DNA of 51,478 bases, taken from Clostridia bacterium (GTDB taxonomy: Bacteria; Bacillota; Clostridia; Oscillospirales; CAG-272). The position numbers were made by a program, and so were the translations under genes. The notes below the pieces were generated by a model, which did not search any database, was not told the origin of the DNA, and saw nothing but the letters and a program-made list of their open reading frames with translations. Positions 9,134-18,402 of this stretch are shown piece after piece. Within the stretch, counting starts at the first letter, position 1. Each line of letters starts with the position of its first letter. The DNA lies in the NCBI GenBank assembly GCA_017623255.1, contig JAGAPL010000032.1, positions 1 through 51,478 of the forward strand, read 5' to 3'.

Positions 9134-10879
9134 TCAATCTTCGATTGCGGCCTTGCGCGAAAGTGCCGCGTGAACTTTTTCAAGGTCAACCTTTGAGCGT
9201 CTGTCAAAGGAGAAAACTCCGTTCATTTCCTGCATAACGTCAGTGAATTGAGTGTAACAGAAGCCGCAAACTCCGGGATTATCAAGAAGAATGGTGCAAA
9301 GGTCTATCATTCTCTGCTGCAATTCTTCTTTTGTTTTGGGAGCGTCACCATATCCCCAGGGATTGCCTGATTCCTGTCCGTGACTTTCCTCTTTGGTGTC
9401 TATATCCCAAAAAGATCCGCCAAATTCGGAAACGAAAAAGGGCATTTTACGATCGTATGGAGCAGAGGGGCCGCCTCCTTCTCCGTTATAGAAAACGTCG
9501 CTGCCGTCAACAAGGCCTACATAGTGAGCTTTAAACTCGTCCTTTGGCTGAACGTAGTCGTGAACGTCAAATATATCTGTTTTACCCAGATGGATCCAGC
9601 CGGAAGTGTCGATCACGGGGCGGGTGGGATCAAACATTTTTGTTATATCATACGTTGTGTTATAAAGGGTGGGGGAGCCGCCTGGCCAGGACTCGTTAAA
9701 CGCGCACCAGCCGATTACAGCAGGGCTGTTCACATCGCGGCGGAGGATCTGAAGCCATTCGGGAATCATGGAGTTCATTGCTTCTGGACGGGCAATATCA
9801 AGTCCCCAGTTGGGAAATTCATCCCAGAGGAGATAGCCCATTTTGTCGGCGTGATAGATAAATCGGGGTTCAAACACCTTCATATGCATTCTCGCGCCGT
9901 TAAAGCCTGCCGCCATAGAGAGCTTTATATCGCGAACGAATTCGTCGTCGCTGAGGGCGGTGTAGATGCCTTTTTCGTAATATCCCTGATCAAGCACGAG
10001 GCGCATAAAAACGCTTTTGTCGTTGAGCATAAATTTATTGCCCACGATATCAACGCTTCGCATACCGAAATAGGAGGTTATCTTATCTTCACCTGCTGTG
10101 ATCTCAATATCGTAAAGCTCAGGCGCGCCAACGTTCCAGAGATGAGGGTCGGGCACGTTTACGGAAAACGTTGCTGTGTTGCAGTGGCTTATGGCTTTCG
10201 CTTCGCTGACAAACTCGCCCTTATAGAACACCTTTGCTGTAATATCAGCATTACCGCCTGCAAGGTAAACCGTAACGTCAAGCTTTTCGCCCTTAACATC
10301 GGGGAGCATTTTGATGCTGTCTATATAGATGTTCGGAACGTATTCTATCCACACAGTCTGCCAGATACCTGTGCAGCGTGTATAGAAGCAACCGTGGTTT
10401 GCATATGAGGAGCACTGCTTGCCTGAGGGCTGCAGGGGATTTCTCACCTCATTCTTGCAGGTGACGTTGATTCTGTTTTCACCTGCCTGAACGGCAGTTG
10501 TTATATCAAACGTTGCGGGAACATATCCACCCTTATGCTCGCCCATAAAGGCATCGTTTATCCAAACCTGGCCTTCATAGTTCATTGCGCCGAAGTGGAG
10601 CAGAATTTTGCCCTTGGTGCTGTCAAAGCTTTCGGGCAGGGTGAAAGTGCGGCAATACCAAACGCGAGTCATAAAGTCCACGTTTTCAATCCCCGAAGCT
10701 TCGCTTTCAGGAACAAATGGCACTATGATCTCTTTTTCATAGCGGTCCATTTTATAAAGTCCTCTTTGGCCGCCGCTTTCGGCGTTATCAATTTCGAAAA
10801 ACCATTTTCCGTTAAGGTTTATCCAGCTTTCATCACCGCGCACAAGCTGAGGGCGTGGGTATTCGGGTCTTGGTATCAT
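9134..10879 (-). CDS. Glycoside hydrolase family 2-like protein
   Basis: The ORF was trimmed to ATG 10879, preceded by AGGAGCGTATT. The N-terminal RPEYPRPQLVR..W..LNGKW is typical of GH2. A candidate acid/base residue lies in FNESWPG. Confidence 0.8.
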   Translation of the reverse strand: MIPRPEYPRPQLVRGDESWINLNGKWFFEIDNAESGGQRGLYKMDRYEKEIIVPFVPESEASGIENVDFMTRVWYCRTFTLPESFDSTKGKILLHFGAMNYEGQVWINDAFMGEHKGGYVPATFDITTAVQAGENRINVTCKNEVRNPLQPSGKQCSSYANHGCFYTRCTGIWQTVWIEYVPNIYIDSIKMLPDVKGEKLDVTVYLAGGNADITAKVFYKGEFVSEAKAISHCNTATFSVNVPDPHLWNVGAPELYDIEITAGEDKITSYFGMRSVDIVGNKFMLNDKSVFMRLVLDQGYYEKGIYTALSDDEFVRDIKLSMAAGFNGARMHMKVFEPRFIYHADKMGYLLWDEFPNWGLDIARPEAMNSMIPEWLQILRRDVNSPAVIGWCAFNESWPGGSPTLYNTTYDITKMFDPTRPVIDTSGWIHLGKTDIFDVHDYVQPKDEFKAHYVGLVDGSDVFYNGEGGGPSAPYDRKMPFFVSEFGGSFWDIDTKEESHGQESGNPWGYGDAPKTKEELQQRMIDLCTILLDNPGVCGFCYTQFTDVMQEMNGVFSFDRRSKVDLEKVHAALSRKAAIED

Positions 10880-10892
10880 AATACGCTCCTGA

Positions 10893-11738
10893 TCAGTTTT
10901 CAACTATTTTGACGATCTCGGCAGCAAGGGTGTCTGCAAGGTTTTGCAGCCAAGTGTCGCTTGTCATATTTTTTGCATCCTGAGGGTTTGTTGCATATCC
11001 CATTTCAAGAAGAACGGAGGGGATCTTTGCATATTTTGTAACAATATATGAGTCATCATATTCCGTTGCATCAACGCTCAGATCGTTATCAAGCACAGCA
11101 GAAAGGTTTTCGCCGAATGTATTGAGCAACGCTTTGTTTGGATTATCCTTGCAGTAGTACAGCTCATATCCGTCAACATAGCTGGCATTTTCAACGCTGT
11201 TCACGTGGAGAGAAATAAAGAAATCAATATTTTCATCCTTTGCAAGTATCTCCTCGTAAATTCCTCTCTCGTATGCTGAGAAAATATTATTTTCAACTAT
11301 ACCGCCTTCCTTCAGGGGTATATTCAATCTGTTGGCTGCTGCAATAATATCATTTTCGTCGGGATATGTTTCTCCGTCGTGGGTGAGGATAACCTCGGCG
11401 CCCAGAGCCTCCAAGCTTGCTTTCAGCTTTTTGGCGGCTTTTAAGGTGACGTCTTTTTCATAGCAGCTCATAAGATAGGGGCCGCATCCAACGTCGTCAA
11501 AGCCGTGGCCTGCATCCACGCAAATAACCGTTCTGCCGTCGTTATGACGGCTTGTTGTTTGCGCGGTGCTGTCTTCGTATTCTATATCTATATTGACAGC
11601 AGGCTCGGTTTCGTTTTCCGGTTCCTCTGTTTCAATAGGTCTGCAGCCGCAAAGTGTGGCGCAGATAATAAGTATTAAAAGTAATTTTTTCATTTTTTTG
11701 GTTGTAAAGGAGAAGTGTTTCTTTCCTTTAACAGACAA
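10893..11738 (-). CDS. N-acetylmuramoyl-L-alanine amidase (Amidase_3), probable lipoprotein
   Basis: Motifs ICVDAGHG, SLHVNS, LLEMGY. The signal/lipobox is MKKLLLILIICATLCGC. The start is uncertain: TTG 11738 or ATG 11693. Confidence 0.8.
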   Translation of the reverse strand: MSVKGKKHFSFTTKKMKKLLLILIICATLCGCRPIETEEPENETEPAVNIDIEYEDSTAQTTSRHNDGRTVICVDAGHGFDDVGCGPYLMSCYEKDVTLKAAKKLKASLEALGAEVILTHDGETYPDENDIIAAANRLNIPLKEGGIVENNIFSAYERGIYEEILAKDENIDFFISLHVNSVENASYVDGYELYYCKDNPNKALLNTFGENLSAVLDNDLSVDATEYDDSYIVTKYAKIPSVLLEMGYATNPQDAKNMTSDTWLQNLADTLAAEIVKIVEN

Positions 11739-11743
11739 GAGGT

Positions 11744-12472
11744 TTAGTTCTTTCTGATTTCAAACATTTTCTTGATGATTTCTTTTTCACCGTAAGCAAG
11801 GTCCCAGCTCCAATGGCTAATGCCGGGATATTCCTTATAGAATATCTTATCGCCGCCTGCTGCCTTGATTGCCGCAACCATTTCTCTTGTGCCTGAAACG
11901 GGAACAGTATCGTCAACTTCGCCGTGGAAAGTGAAAATGGGGATATTTTTAAGAATATCAGCTTTGGCGGGGTCGCCTGCGCCGCAGCAGGGGAAGCCTG
12001 CAGCAAAAAGCTCGGGATATTTAGCCATAGTATACCATGTGCCGAAACCGCCCATGGAAATGCCCATGATATATACTCTTTCGGTGTCAACGTTGCATTT
12101 TTCGATCTGTTCCTTAAGGATAGCAACTGCGCTCTTAACCCAAACGCTTTCCTCAAGCTCGTCCATATTAAAGTTGCCGAGGCCCCAGTCTGAATAAACC
12201 CAGCGTTCCTGCTGTTCTTCGTCAAGCTCAACCTGAGGAGCGATTATGAGGGCGTCGTGAAGGGGGCTGTCTTCGTCCTTCATAGCAACGTCAAGGCCGA
12301 TTCTAAGCTGCTGCCAGTTATCAGTGCCTCTTTCTCCTGCGCCGTGAAGGAAAAGAACTGCGGGACATTTTCCGTTTTCGTCGCGATGTTCGGGATAGTG
12401 GATTCTGTAGGGCACTGTTTTGCCGCATTTATCGTATGTAGCGTATTCAAAAGTTTCTGTGTAATGCTTCAT
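11744..12472 (-). CDS. Alpha/beta-hydrolase esterase (carboxylesterase/PHB-depolymerase-like)
   Basis: 242 aa. Motif LFLHGAGERG and nucleophile elbow GISMGGFGT. RBS AGGAGAG. Confidence 0.7.
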   Translation of the reverse strand: MKHYTETFEYATYDKCGKTVPYRIHYPEHRDENGKCPAVLFLHGAGERGTDNWQQLRIGLDVAMKDEDSPLHDALIIAPQVELDEEQQERWVYSDWGLGNFNMDELEESVWVKSAVAILKEQIEKCNVDTERVYIMGISMGGFGTWYTMAKYPELFAAGFPCCGAGDPAKADILKNIPIFTFHGEVDDTVPVSGTREMVAAIKAAGGDKIFYKEYPGISHWSWDLAYGEKEIIKKMFEIRKN

Positions 12473-12627
12473 GGGGAATCTCTCCTTTTTGGCATAATTA
12501 TTTGGGATAATTCTAACATATTATTTCATTTTTTTCAAGCAGTTAGGTGTAAATATTAATAGTGTGAATAAGTATTTAGGTTTTTGACAATACTTGGAGC
12601 ACATATGAGAAAGGACGCTTAAAAATT

Positions 12628-13569
12628 ATGAAAAGAAAAATAGTTATCGGAGGATACTACGGATACGGAAGCCTTGGAGACGAGGCCGTGCTTTCCGTGC
12701 TTATAGATGAAATAAAAAACAGGTACTCAGAGTGTGATATAACGGTGCTTTGCGCATCTCCCGTGAAAATGAAGAAGACCTATGGGGTGAAATGTGTTTA
12801 TCGCTACGACGCGCTCGCTATTGTGAGGGAATTATCCGGCGCCGATTTATATATAAGCGGTGGTGGGAGTCTTATTCAGGATGCAACCAGTGGGCGCAGC
12901 CTCAGGTATTATTGTCGTCTTATGCAGCTTGCCAAGCATATGGGCGCAAGGGTTTATGCCTATGCCAACGGAATAGGTCCGCTAAAACGCAGAGATATTG
13001 CCCGATCTGCTTTGGGAGCGTGTGATATGATAAGCGTGAGAGATGAGGCGTCGCATTTGCAACTAAGGGAGCTTTCAGTGGAGTCGGTGCTTTCTTCCGA
13101 CCCTTTTTTCCTTATAGATGCTGCGCCGCCAAGCGAGGTGCGTCGTTTTTTATGTGACAGGGGGATTTATGAGGAAAAGTATTTCACAGTTTCCGTCAGA
13201 CGCTGCAAGGGCAGCCGACAGGTGAATGAGGATAGTCTTCTTCACGCCCTTCTTCCCTTTGTGGCAAAGGGGAGAACTCCCATATTTGTTTCCATGCAGG
13301 ATAGCTGTGATCTTGCGCTGTCTGCCGCAATGGCGGATATGACGGGCGGTTACGTTGTCAGTCCCACTGATGCGCCCATTCTTTTGGGCCTGCAGAAAAA
13401 TGCCGATTTTGCCATTGGAATGAGGCTTCATTTTCTTCTTGCGGCTATATCTGCAGGAATTCCCGTTTCAGCTCTTTCCTATGATCCCAAGGTGGATAAC
13501 GTTCTCAGCTATGCGGCAGATATCAAAGTATATGATGCTTTTGATTTCGATGCGGAGGAGCTTTCATGA
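12628..13569 (+). CDS. csaB: Polysaccharide pyruvyl transferase CsaB, interrupted by an in-frame TGA (the frame continues to 13689)
   Basis: The N-terminal GGYYGYGSLGDEA is typical of CsaB. The ORF stops at TGA 13567-13569, but the same frame stays open for 39 more codons (QMEKMLGYKVRREDMRSLALRDIEAIGQLLESEEELVRV*) up to TAA 13687-13689. Confidence 0.75.
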   Translation: MKRKIVIGGYYGYGSLGDEAVLSVLIDEIKNRYSECDITVLCASPVKMKKTYGVKCVYRYDALAIVRELSGADLYISGGGSLIQDATSGRSLRYYCRLMQLAKHMGARVYAYANGIGPLKRRDIARSALGACDMISVRDEASHLQLRELSVESVLSSDPFFLIDAAPPSEVRRFLCDRGIYEEKYFTVSVRRCKGSRQVNEDSLLHALLPFVAKGRTPIFVSMQDSCDLALSAAMADMTGGYVVSPTDAPILLGLQKNADFAIGMRLHFLLAAISAGIPVSALSYDPKVDNVLSYAADIKVYDAFDFDAEELS

Positions 13570-13757
13570 CAAATGGAAAAAATGCTTGGATATAAGGTGC
13601 GCCGAGAAGACATGCGCAGTCTTGCTCTTCGCGATATTGAGGCAATAGGTCAGCTGCTTGAAAGCGAGGAGGAGCTGGTCAGAGTTTAAAACGGGGTTGT
13701 AATAAAGAGGCAGTTGTGGTAAAATAGTGTCATCTGTTTTGTTATGCAGGAGATATT

Positions 13758-15296
13758 ATGGAATACAAAGTTATAGACAGCTGTGAGTGGACTTATCCTG
13801 ACGTTTGGGATTATGCTTCCGAAACAGACAAATATAAAGGTTATGCTCTTTCGGGCAGTTATGCAACCTTCAGGGTGATAGTGAGAGGCTTTGAGAATGC
13901 TCTCTCTGTAAGCCTTGATGGAGCTGATATATATGAGGAAATTGCTATTCCCGTTGAGGCTAACCCCAATTTTGAAAATGGATTTTTGCCTCATTTCCCC
14001 GAGAGGATAGCGCCTTTTTCCGTGTACGACTGTATGAAGCCGTACAATGAGAAAATAGAGAAGAAGAATGATGTAGTGTCGATTTATTTTGCCGTCAGGG
14101 TGGAAAGCGAAAATATTTCCACGGAAATATTATTGAGCGACAGTGTAAGTGAAGCGCGTATTCCCGTTGAAGTCACAGTAAAGGGAAAGCTCCCCAAGGA
14201 AACCCTTAAGATAGCTATGGGTTATTGCATTCATCAGGTTATAGAAAAGCACGGTCTTGACCCACGGGATCGTCGTGAAGAATTTTTTGAAGTGGATGGG
14301 AAATATCTCAGTATGCTTCGCAAAATGCATCAGAACAGATATTTCCTTGAACCTGAGCATATCTGGAAAAAGGACGGTCAGTGGCATTTTGATTTCAGCC
14401 ATTTCAACCGCCGCGTCCGCAAGCTCCTTGAGCTGGGCTTTAACGGTTTCCACATAAACGGCATTGGCTTCAGGCGCTCTTGGGACGGACCTGAGATAAT
14501 CGTTCACGGAATGGACGGTCTTTCCTACGAGGCTTATGATTTTTTGAGAAAATATCTTCCTGCGCTCAGGGAAAATCTTCGTGAAAACGGCTGGCTTGAA
14601 AATGATATGTTCTGCATCGGCATTGCAGACGAGCCGAACCGTTTCAACGCGTTGACCTACAGGGCTCTTGCTTGTATGGTAAGGCGATATCTGCCTGAAA
14701 TAAAGATCTACGATGCGGTGTCCTACGTGCCCGTTTACGGTGCCATTGACATCTGGGTGCCCCGCGCTGACGAATTTGAAAGAAACCGCGATGCTTTTGA
14801 AAACTTCAAAGAAGACGGCGACGAGGTTTGGCATTATGTTTGTCTTTATCCGAGAGACGATGGATATATAAATCGTTTTATGGATATTCCCCTTCTTGCA
14901 ACACGCTATCTTTACTGGGCTAACTACAAGTATGATCTCTCGGGTTACCTGCATTGGTCGGTGAACAATTATCAGGGTGAGCTTGATCCTTACAAGGCAA
15001 GCTGCCCCGGACATATTAATGCAGACAGCCGCAGTGTGCTCCCTGCAGGTGACGACAAGCTTCTTTATCCGGGTGATAATGAGCCCTATATCTCTGCTCG
15101 TTTCGAGATGCACCGTGAGTCCGCTGAGGACTACGAAATGCTCAGAATCCTTTCTCTTCACAACAAGTCCCTCGCCGATGAGATCTGTGCTTCTTGCTTC
15201 CGCAGCTTCACTGATGTCGAATTCGATCCCCTTAAATTCCGCTCCGCTCACAACCGTCTCATTTGTGAGTACGCCTCTCTGAGTAATAATTTATAA
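13758..15296 (+). CDS. DUF4091-domain protein (GH123-like glycan hydrolase candidate)
   Basis: 512 aa. RBS AGGAGA. The C-terminal region LYWANYKYDLSGYLHWSVNNY resembles the DUF4091 signature as I remember it. The last 7 codons lie inside the palindromic repeat. Confidence 0.5.
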   Translation: MEYKVIDSCEWTYPDVWDYASETDKYKGYALSGSYATFRVIVRGFENALSVSLDGADIYEEIAIPVEANPNFENGFLPHFPERIAPFSVYDCMKPYNEKIEKKNDVVSIYFAVRVESENISTEILLSDSVSEARIPVEVTVKGKLPKETLKIAMGYCIHQVIEKHGLDPRDRREEFFEVDGKYLSMLRKMHQNRYFLEPEHIWKKDGQWHFDFSHFNRRVRKLLELGFNGFHINGIGFRRSWDGPEIIVHGMDGLSYEAYDFLRKYLPALRENLRENGWLENDMFCIGIADEPNRFNALTYRALACMVRRYLPEIKIYDAVSYVPVYGAIDIWVPRADEFERNRDAFENFKEDGDEVWHYVCLYPRDDGYINRFMDIPLLATRYLYWANYKYDLSGYLHWSVNNYQGELDPYKASCPGHINADSRSVLPAGDDKLLYPGDNEPYISARFEMHRESAEDYEMLRILSLHNKSLADEICASCFRSFTDVEFDPLKFRSAHNRLICEYASLSNNL

Positions 15297-15568
15297 TCCC
15301 ACTACCATATCTTAATAAAAATTAGTTTATAAGGATGCTCAGGAGGGACCTTTTAAGGAAAGGTCTCCTCCCGAACCCTCCCCCAAACCTCTTTGTAAAA
15401 GATCCCCTTCCAACCCCACTTTTGTGGGGGTGGAAGGGGATTTTCTGCGAAAAGGTTTTGAAGGGGGTCTGGGGGAGAACTTTTCCTCAAAAAGTTTTCC
15501 CCGGAATATCCTTACAGATTAACTTTATTAGGTGTGGTAGTGGGATTATAAATTATTACTCAGAGAGG
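15274..15568. repeat. ~295-bp imperfect palindromic element (family R1, copy 1) with 33-nt perfect terminal inverted repeats
   Basis: 15274-15306 (CCTCTCTGAGTAATAATTTATAATCCCACTACC) is the exact reverse complement of 15536-15568. The core 15342-15509 holds three hairpins: GGAGGGACCTTTT-AAGG-AAAGGTCTCCTCC, CCCCTTCCAACCCCAC-TTTT-GTGGGGGTGGAAGGGG and GGGGGAGAACTTTT-CCTC-AAAAAGTTTTCCCC. Confidence 0.9.
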
Positions 15569-16353
15569 AGTACTCTGTCGCTGGCCAGTTCTTCGCCTGC
15601 GGAGATCTTGAATTTTTCAAGGAGGTCAGCCTTAGTGAGTTTTTGTTTTTCTTCGCCGCTGACGTCGAAAACTATACGTCCGTTGCTCATCATAATAAGG
15701 CGGTTACCGTATTTAATAGCATCATTCATATTATGAGTGATCATAAGGGTAGTGAGGTTATTTTCCTCAACGATCTTAGCGGAGAGGGTAAGCACCTTAA
15801 GGGCGGTTTTAGGGTCGAGGGCGGCGGTATGCTCATCAAGAAGGAGGAGCTTAGGGTTATTCATAGTAGCCATAAGCAGAGTGAGAGCCTGACGCTGACC
15901 GCCTGAGAGGAGACCGACCTTAGAAGTGAGTCTGTCTTCGAGACCAAGGTCAAGAGTTTTAAGAAGCTCGCGGTAGTTTTCGCGTTCAGCCTTGGAAATA
16001 CCGGTTTTAAGGCCTCTGGGCTTGCCGCGGCGGGCAGCCAGGGCAAGATTTTCCTCGATCTGCATAGTAGCAGCGGTACCTGTCATAGGGTCCTGGAAGA
16101 CTCTGCCGATATACTGCGCTCTTTTATATTCGGGAAGCTTTGTAACGTCAACGCCGTCAATTGTGATAGAGCCGCTGTCAACGGGGTAAACGCCTGCAAC
16201 CATATTAAGCATAGTGGATTTACCTGCGCCGTTTCCGCCGATAACGGTTACGAAGTCACCTTTGTTAAGGTGGAGGTTAAGATTTTTGAGAACTCTTTTT
16301 TCGTTAACGGTTCCAACGTTAAAGGTTTTATAAACTTTGCTGATGTCAAGCAT
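15556..16353 (-). CDS. ABC transporter ATP-binding protein (COG1101-type)
   Basis: The ORF was trimmed to ATG 16353 (RBS GAGGGGGA), which overlaps the permease stop by 8 nt. Walker A GGNGAGKST, signature LSGGQRQ, Walker B LLLDEHTAALD. Confidence 0.9.
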   Translation of the reverse strand: MLDISKVYKTFNVGTVNEKRVLKNLNLHLNKGDFVTVIGGNGAGKSTMLNMVAGVYPVDSGSITIDGVDVTKLPEYKRAQYIGRVFQDPMTGTAATMQIEENLALAARRGKPRGLKTGISKAERENYRELLKTLDLGLEDRLTSKVGLLSGGQRQALTLLMATMNNPKLLLLDEHTAALDPKTALKVLTLSAKIVEENNLTTLMITHNMNDAIKYGNRLIMMSNGRIVFDVSGEEKQKLTKADLLEKFKISAGEELASDRVLLSE

Positions 16354-17293
16354 TTTCAGTATCCCCCTCTTCTTCAACGATTTTAACGGGTTTTGCGAAA
16401 TATTTGCTCTTCAGATGGGGAACGGCAAGGAAAATTGCAACAAACGCAGCGGAAAGCAGCTTGAGAAGTTTTGCGTCAAGGCCGATGGTGATAACCACCT
16501 GAACGACGATATAGTAGATAACCGAGCCCAGAGAAACGGAAACAAGCTTGAGGGCAAAGTTTTTGAATATCTTGCCGAAAACCGCTTCTCCTATAATAAC
16601 TGAAGCCAGACCGATAACGATAGCGCCGCGTCCCATGTTAACATCGGCAAATCCCTGATACTGAGCAAGGAGAGCGCCGCTTGTGGCAACGAGAGCGTTT
16701 GCAACCATAATGCCCAGCACCTTGTTCTTGTCTGTGTTGATGCCGAGCGCGCGGCTCATTGCAAGGTTAGAGCCTGTAGCTCGAATGCTGCATCCCATTT
16801 CTGTTCCGAAGAACCAATAGAAGATGGCAACGAGAACGATTGTTATAATGGCAACGGTCAGAAGGGGGTTGTTGAGAGCGATCTTTTTAACCCAGCGAAG
16901 AGAAACCAGAAGGTCGTATTTGTCAACGTTGATGGACTGGTTCGATTTGCCTATTATTTTCAGATTTATTGAATAAAGGGCAAGCTGAGTAAGAATACCT
17001 GAAAGGATGGCGGGAATACCGAAGGTTGTATGCAGGAGACCTGTAACAAGGCCGCAGAGCATACCTGCGATAAACGCCATAAGGAGCGCCAGCCAAACGT
17101 TCCAGCCGTTAAGCATAAGCACGATGCAAACCGCACCGCCTGTAGCGAAAGAGCCGTCAACGGTCAGGTCGGAAACATCAAGTATTCTGTAAGTGAAATA
17201 AAGGCCGATAGCCATAATGCCCCAGATAAGTCCCTGGGCGCAGGCGCCCGGCAAAGCGCCGGGAATCTTGGCAAGAGTTGAAATCAATTCCAT
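16346..17293 (-). CDS. ABC transporter permease (COG4120-type)
   Basis: 315 aa with ~9 hydrophobic segments. It lies between the substrate-binding protein and the ATPase. Confidence 0.85.
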   Translation of the reverse strand: MELISTLAKIPGALPGACAQGLIWGIMAIGLYFTYRILDVSDLTVDGSFATGGAVCIVLMLNGWNVWLALLMAFIAGMLCGLVTGLLHTTFGIPAILSGILTQLALYSINLKIIGKSNQSINVDKYDLLVSLRWVKKIALNNPLLTVAIITIVLVAIFYWFFGTEMGCSIRATGSNLAMSRALGINTDKNKVLGIMVANALVATSGALLAQYQGFADVNMGRGAIVIGLASVIIGEAVFGKIFKNFALKLVSVSLGSVIYYIVVQVVITIGLDAKLLKLLSAAFVAIFLAVPHLKSKYFAKPVKIVEEEGDTENA

Positions 17294-17326
17294 GGGAAAA
17301 TAATGTCCTTTCTTGTGGGGATATGC

Positions 17327-18277
17327 TTAGCTTATAGGTGTGTATCCGTCGGGAACGGTGATTCCCAACTCATCACAAAGCTCTTTGTTGTATTTTTTTG
17401 CAGCGTTTGTATATTCAATGGGCATCTCTGATATGTCAGCTTCACCGCGAAGGATCTTGGCTGCCATTTTGCCCGTCGTATAACCCATATCATAATAACT
17501 GATGGAAAGAGCCGCCGCGCCGCAGGATGTGCCTTCCTCTCCTGCAATAACAACCTTTTTGAGGGGGCGGCAGATATTGTCGATAATGCCTGCGTTGCTT
17601 GCAACGGTGTTGTCTGTGGGAACGTAAATAACGTCGTTTTCTTCAGCCGCACTCTGACAAACTGCAGCAAGGTCGTTTGAGTCGGCAAAGGGATAGAGAT
17701 TTGCTTCAACGCCCATTTTTTCAAGCTCGCCGGCCACAACGTCAACCTGATACTGGCTGTTTGCTTCTGCTGAGCAGTAGATAAGCGCCGCGCTTTTTGC
17801 ATCGGGCACCCATTCTGTGATCATTTTTGCCTGCTCGTCAAGTGGAGCAAGGTCGCTTGTGCCTGAAATGTTTCTTCCAACGGTGCCGTTGAAATCTTCA
17901 ATATCAAGGGCAACGCCGTATTCTGTAACGGATGTGTCCGGTATCGGAATATCGCTTGTGGCAGAAGCTGCGGTTTGCAAAACAGCCGTTGCATTTGCAA
18001 GGATAAGGTCAACATCGTTTGAAACGAACTGATTGATGATAGAGGAGCAGGTGGTGATATCGTTCTGCGCGCTCTGAATATCATAGCGGATATTTTCTTC
18101 TCCCAGTTCTTCGTTCAAGGCATCCATAAAGCCTTGCGTTGCCTGGTTGTGGGCTGAATGTTCAACCAGCTGGCAGATACCAATCTCATATTTTTCACCG
18201 CCTTCTGCGCAAGCTGTCAGAGAAGAAACGATCATTATCGCCAAAAGAAAAGAGATCAGTTTTATAGATTTTCTCAT
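17327..18277 (-). CDS. ABC transporter substrate-binding lipoprotein (ABC_sub_bind/COG2984-type), paralog 1
   Basis: 316 aa. Lipobox LTAC. About two-thirds identical by eye to the upstream paralog. Confidence 0.85.
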   Translation of the reverse strand: MRKSIKLISFLLAIMIVSSLTACAEGGEKYEIGICQLVEHSAHNQATQGFMDALNEELGEENIRYDIQSAQNDITTCSSIINQFVSNDVDLILANATAVLQTAASATSDIPIPDTSVTEYGVALDIEDFNGTVGRNISGTSDLAPLDEQAKMITEWVPDAKSAALIYCSAEANSQYQVDVVAGELEKMGVEANLYPFADSNDLAAVCQSAAEENDVIYVPTDNTVASNAGIIDNICRPLKKVVIAGEEGTSCGAAALSISYYDMGYTTGKMAAKILRGEADISEMPIEYTNAAKKYNKELCDELGITVPDGYTPIS

Positions 18278-18333
18278 AATAAAACCCTTTCATTTGGAAA
18301 GTGAATTTATAAATATAGCATATTATAGCAAAA

Positions 18334-18365
18334 ATCGGGTGAGAATGGAATAGCTCTCACCCGAT
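18334..18365 (-). terminator. Intrinsic terminator between the two substrate-binding protein genes
   Basis: ATCGGGTGAGA-(10 nt)-TCTCACCCGAT, with T-runs on both strands. On the minus strand it is followed by TTTTTGCTATAAT. Confidence 0.7.
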
Positions 18366-18402
18366 TTATTTGTTTTTTTACAGAATTATGTATACAGTGG
18401 GA

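Noticed and set aside
13567-13569. TGA in csaB as selenocysteine or a reassigned sense codon
   Set aside because: TGA terminates several well-defined genes in this window (glgC, nusA, serS). No SECIS-like hairpin is evident immediately downstream, and CsaB is not a known selenoprotein. A nonsense mutation or a sequencing error is more likely.
15335-15736. 133-aa ORF running through the palindromic element into the antisense of the ABC ATPase
   Set aside because: The reading frame is a by-product of the G/C-rich hairpins (PNPPPNLF..., WGWKG). There is no RBS, and it overlaps a well-supported gene on the other strand.
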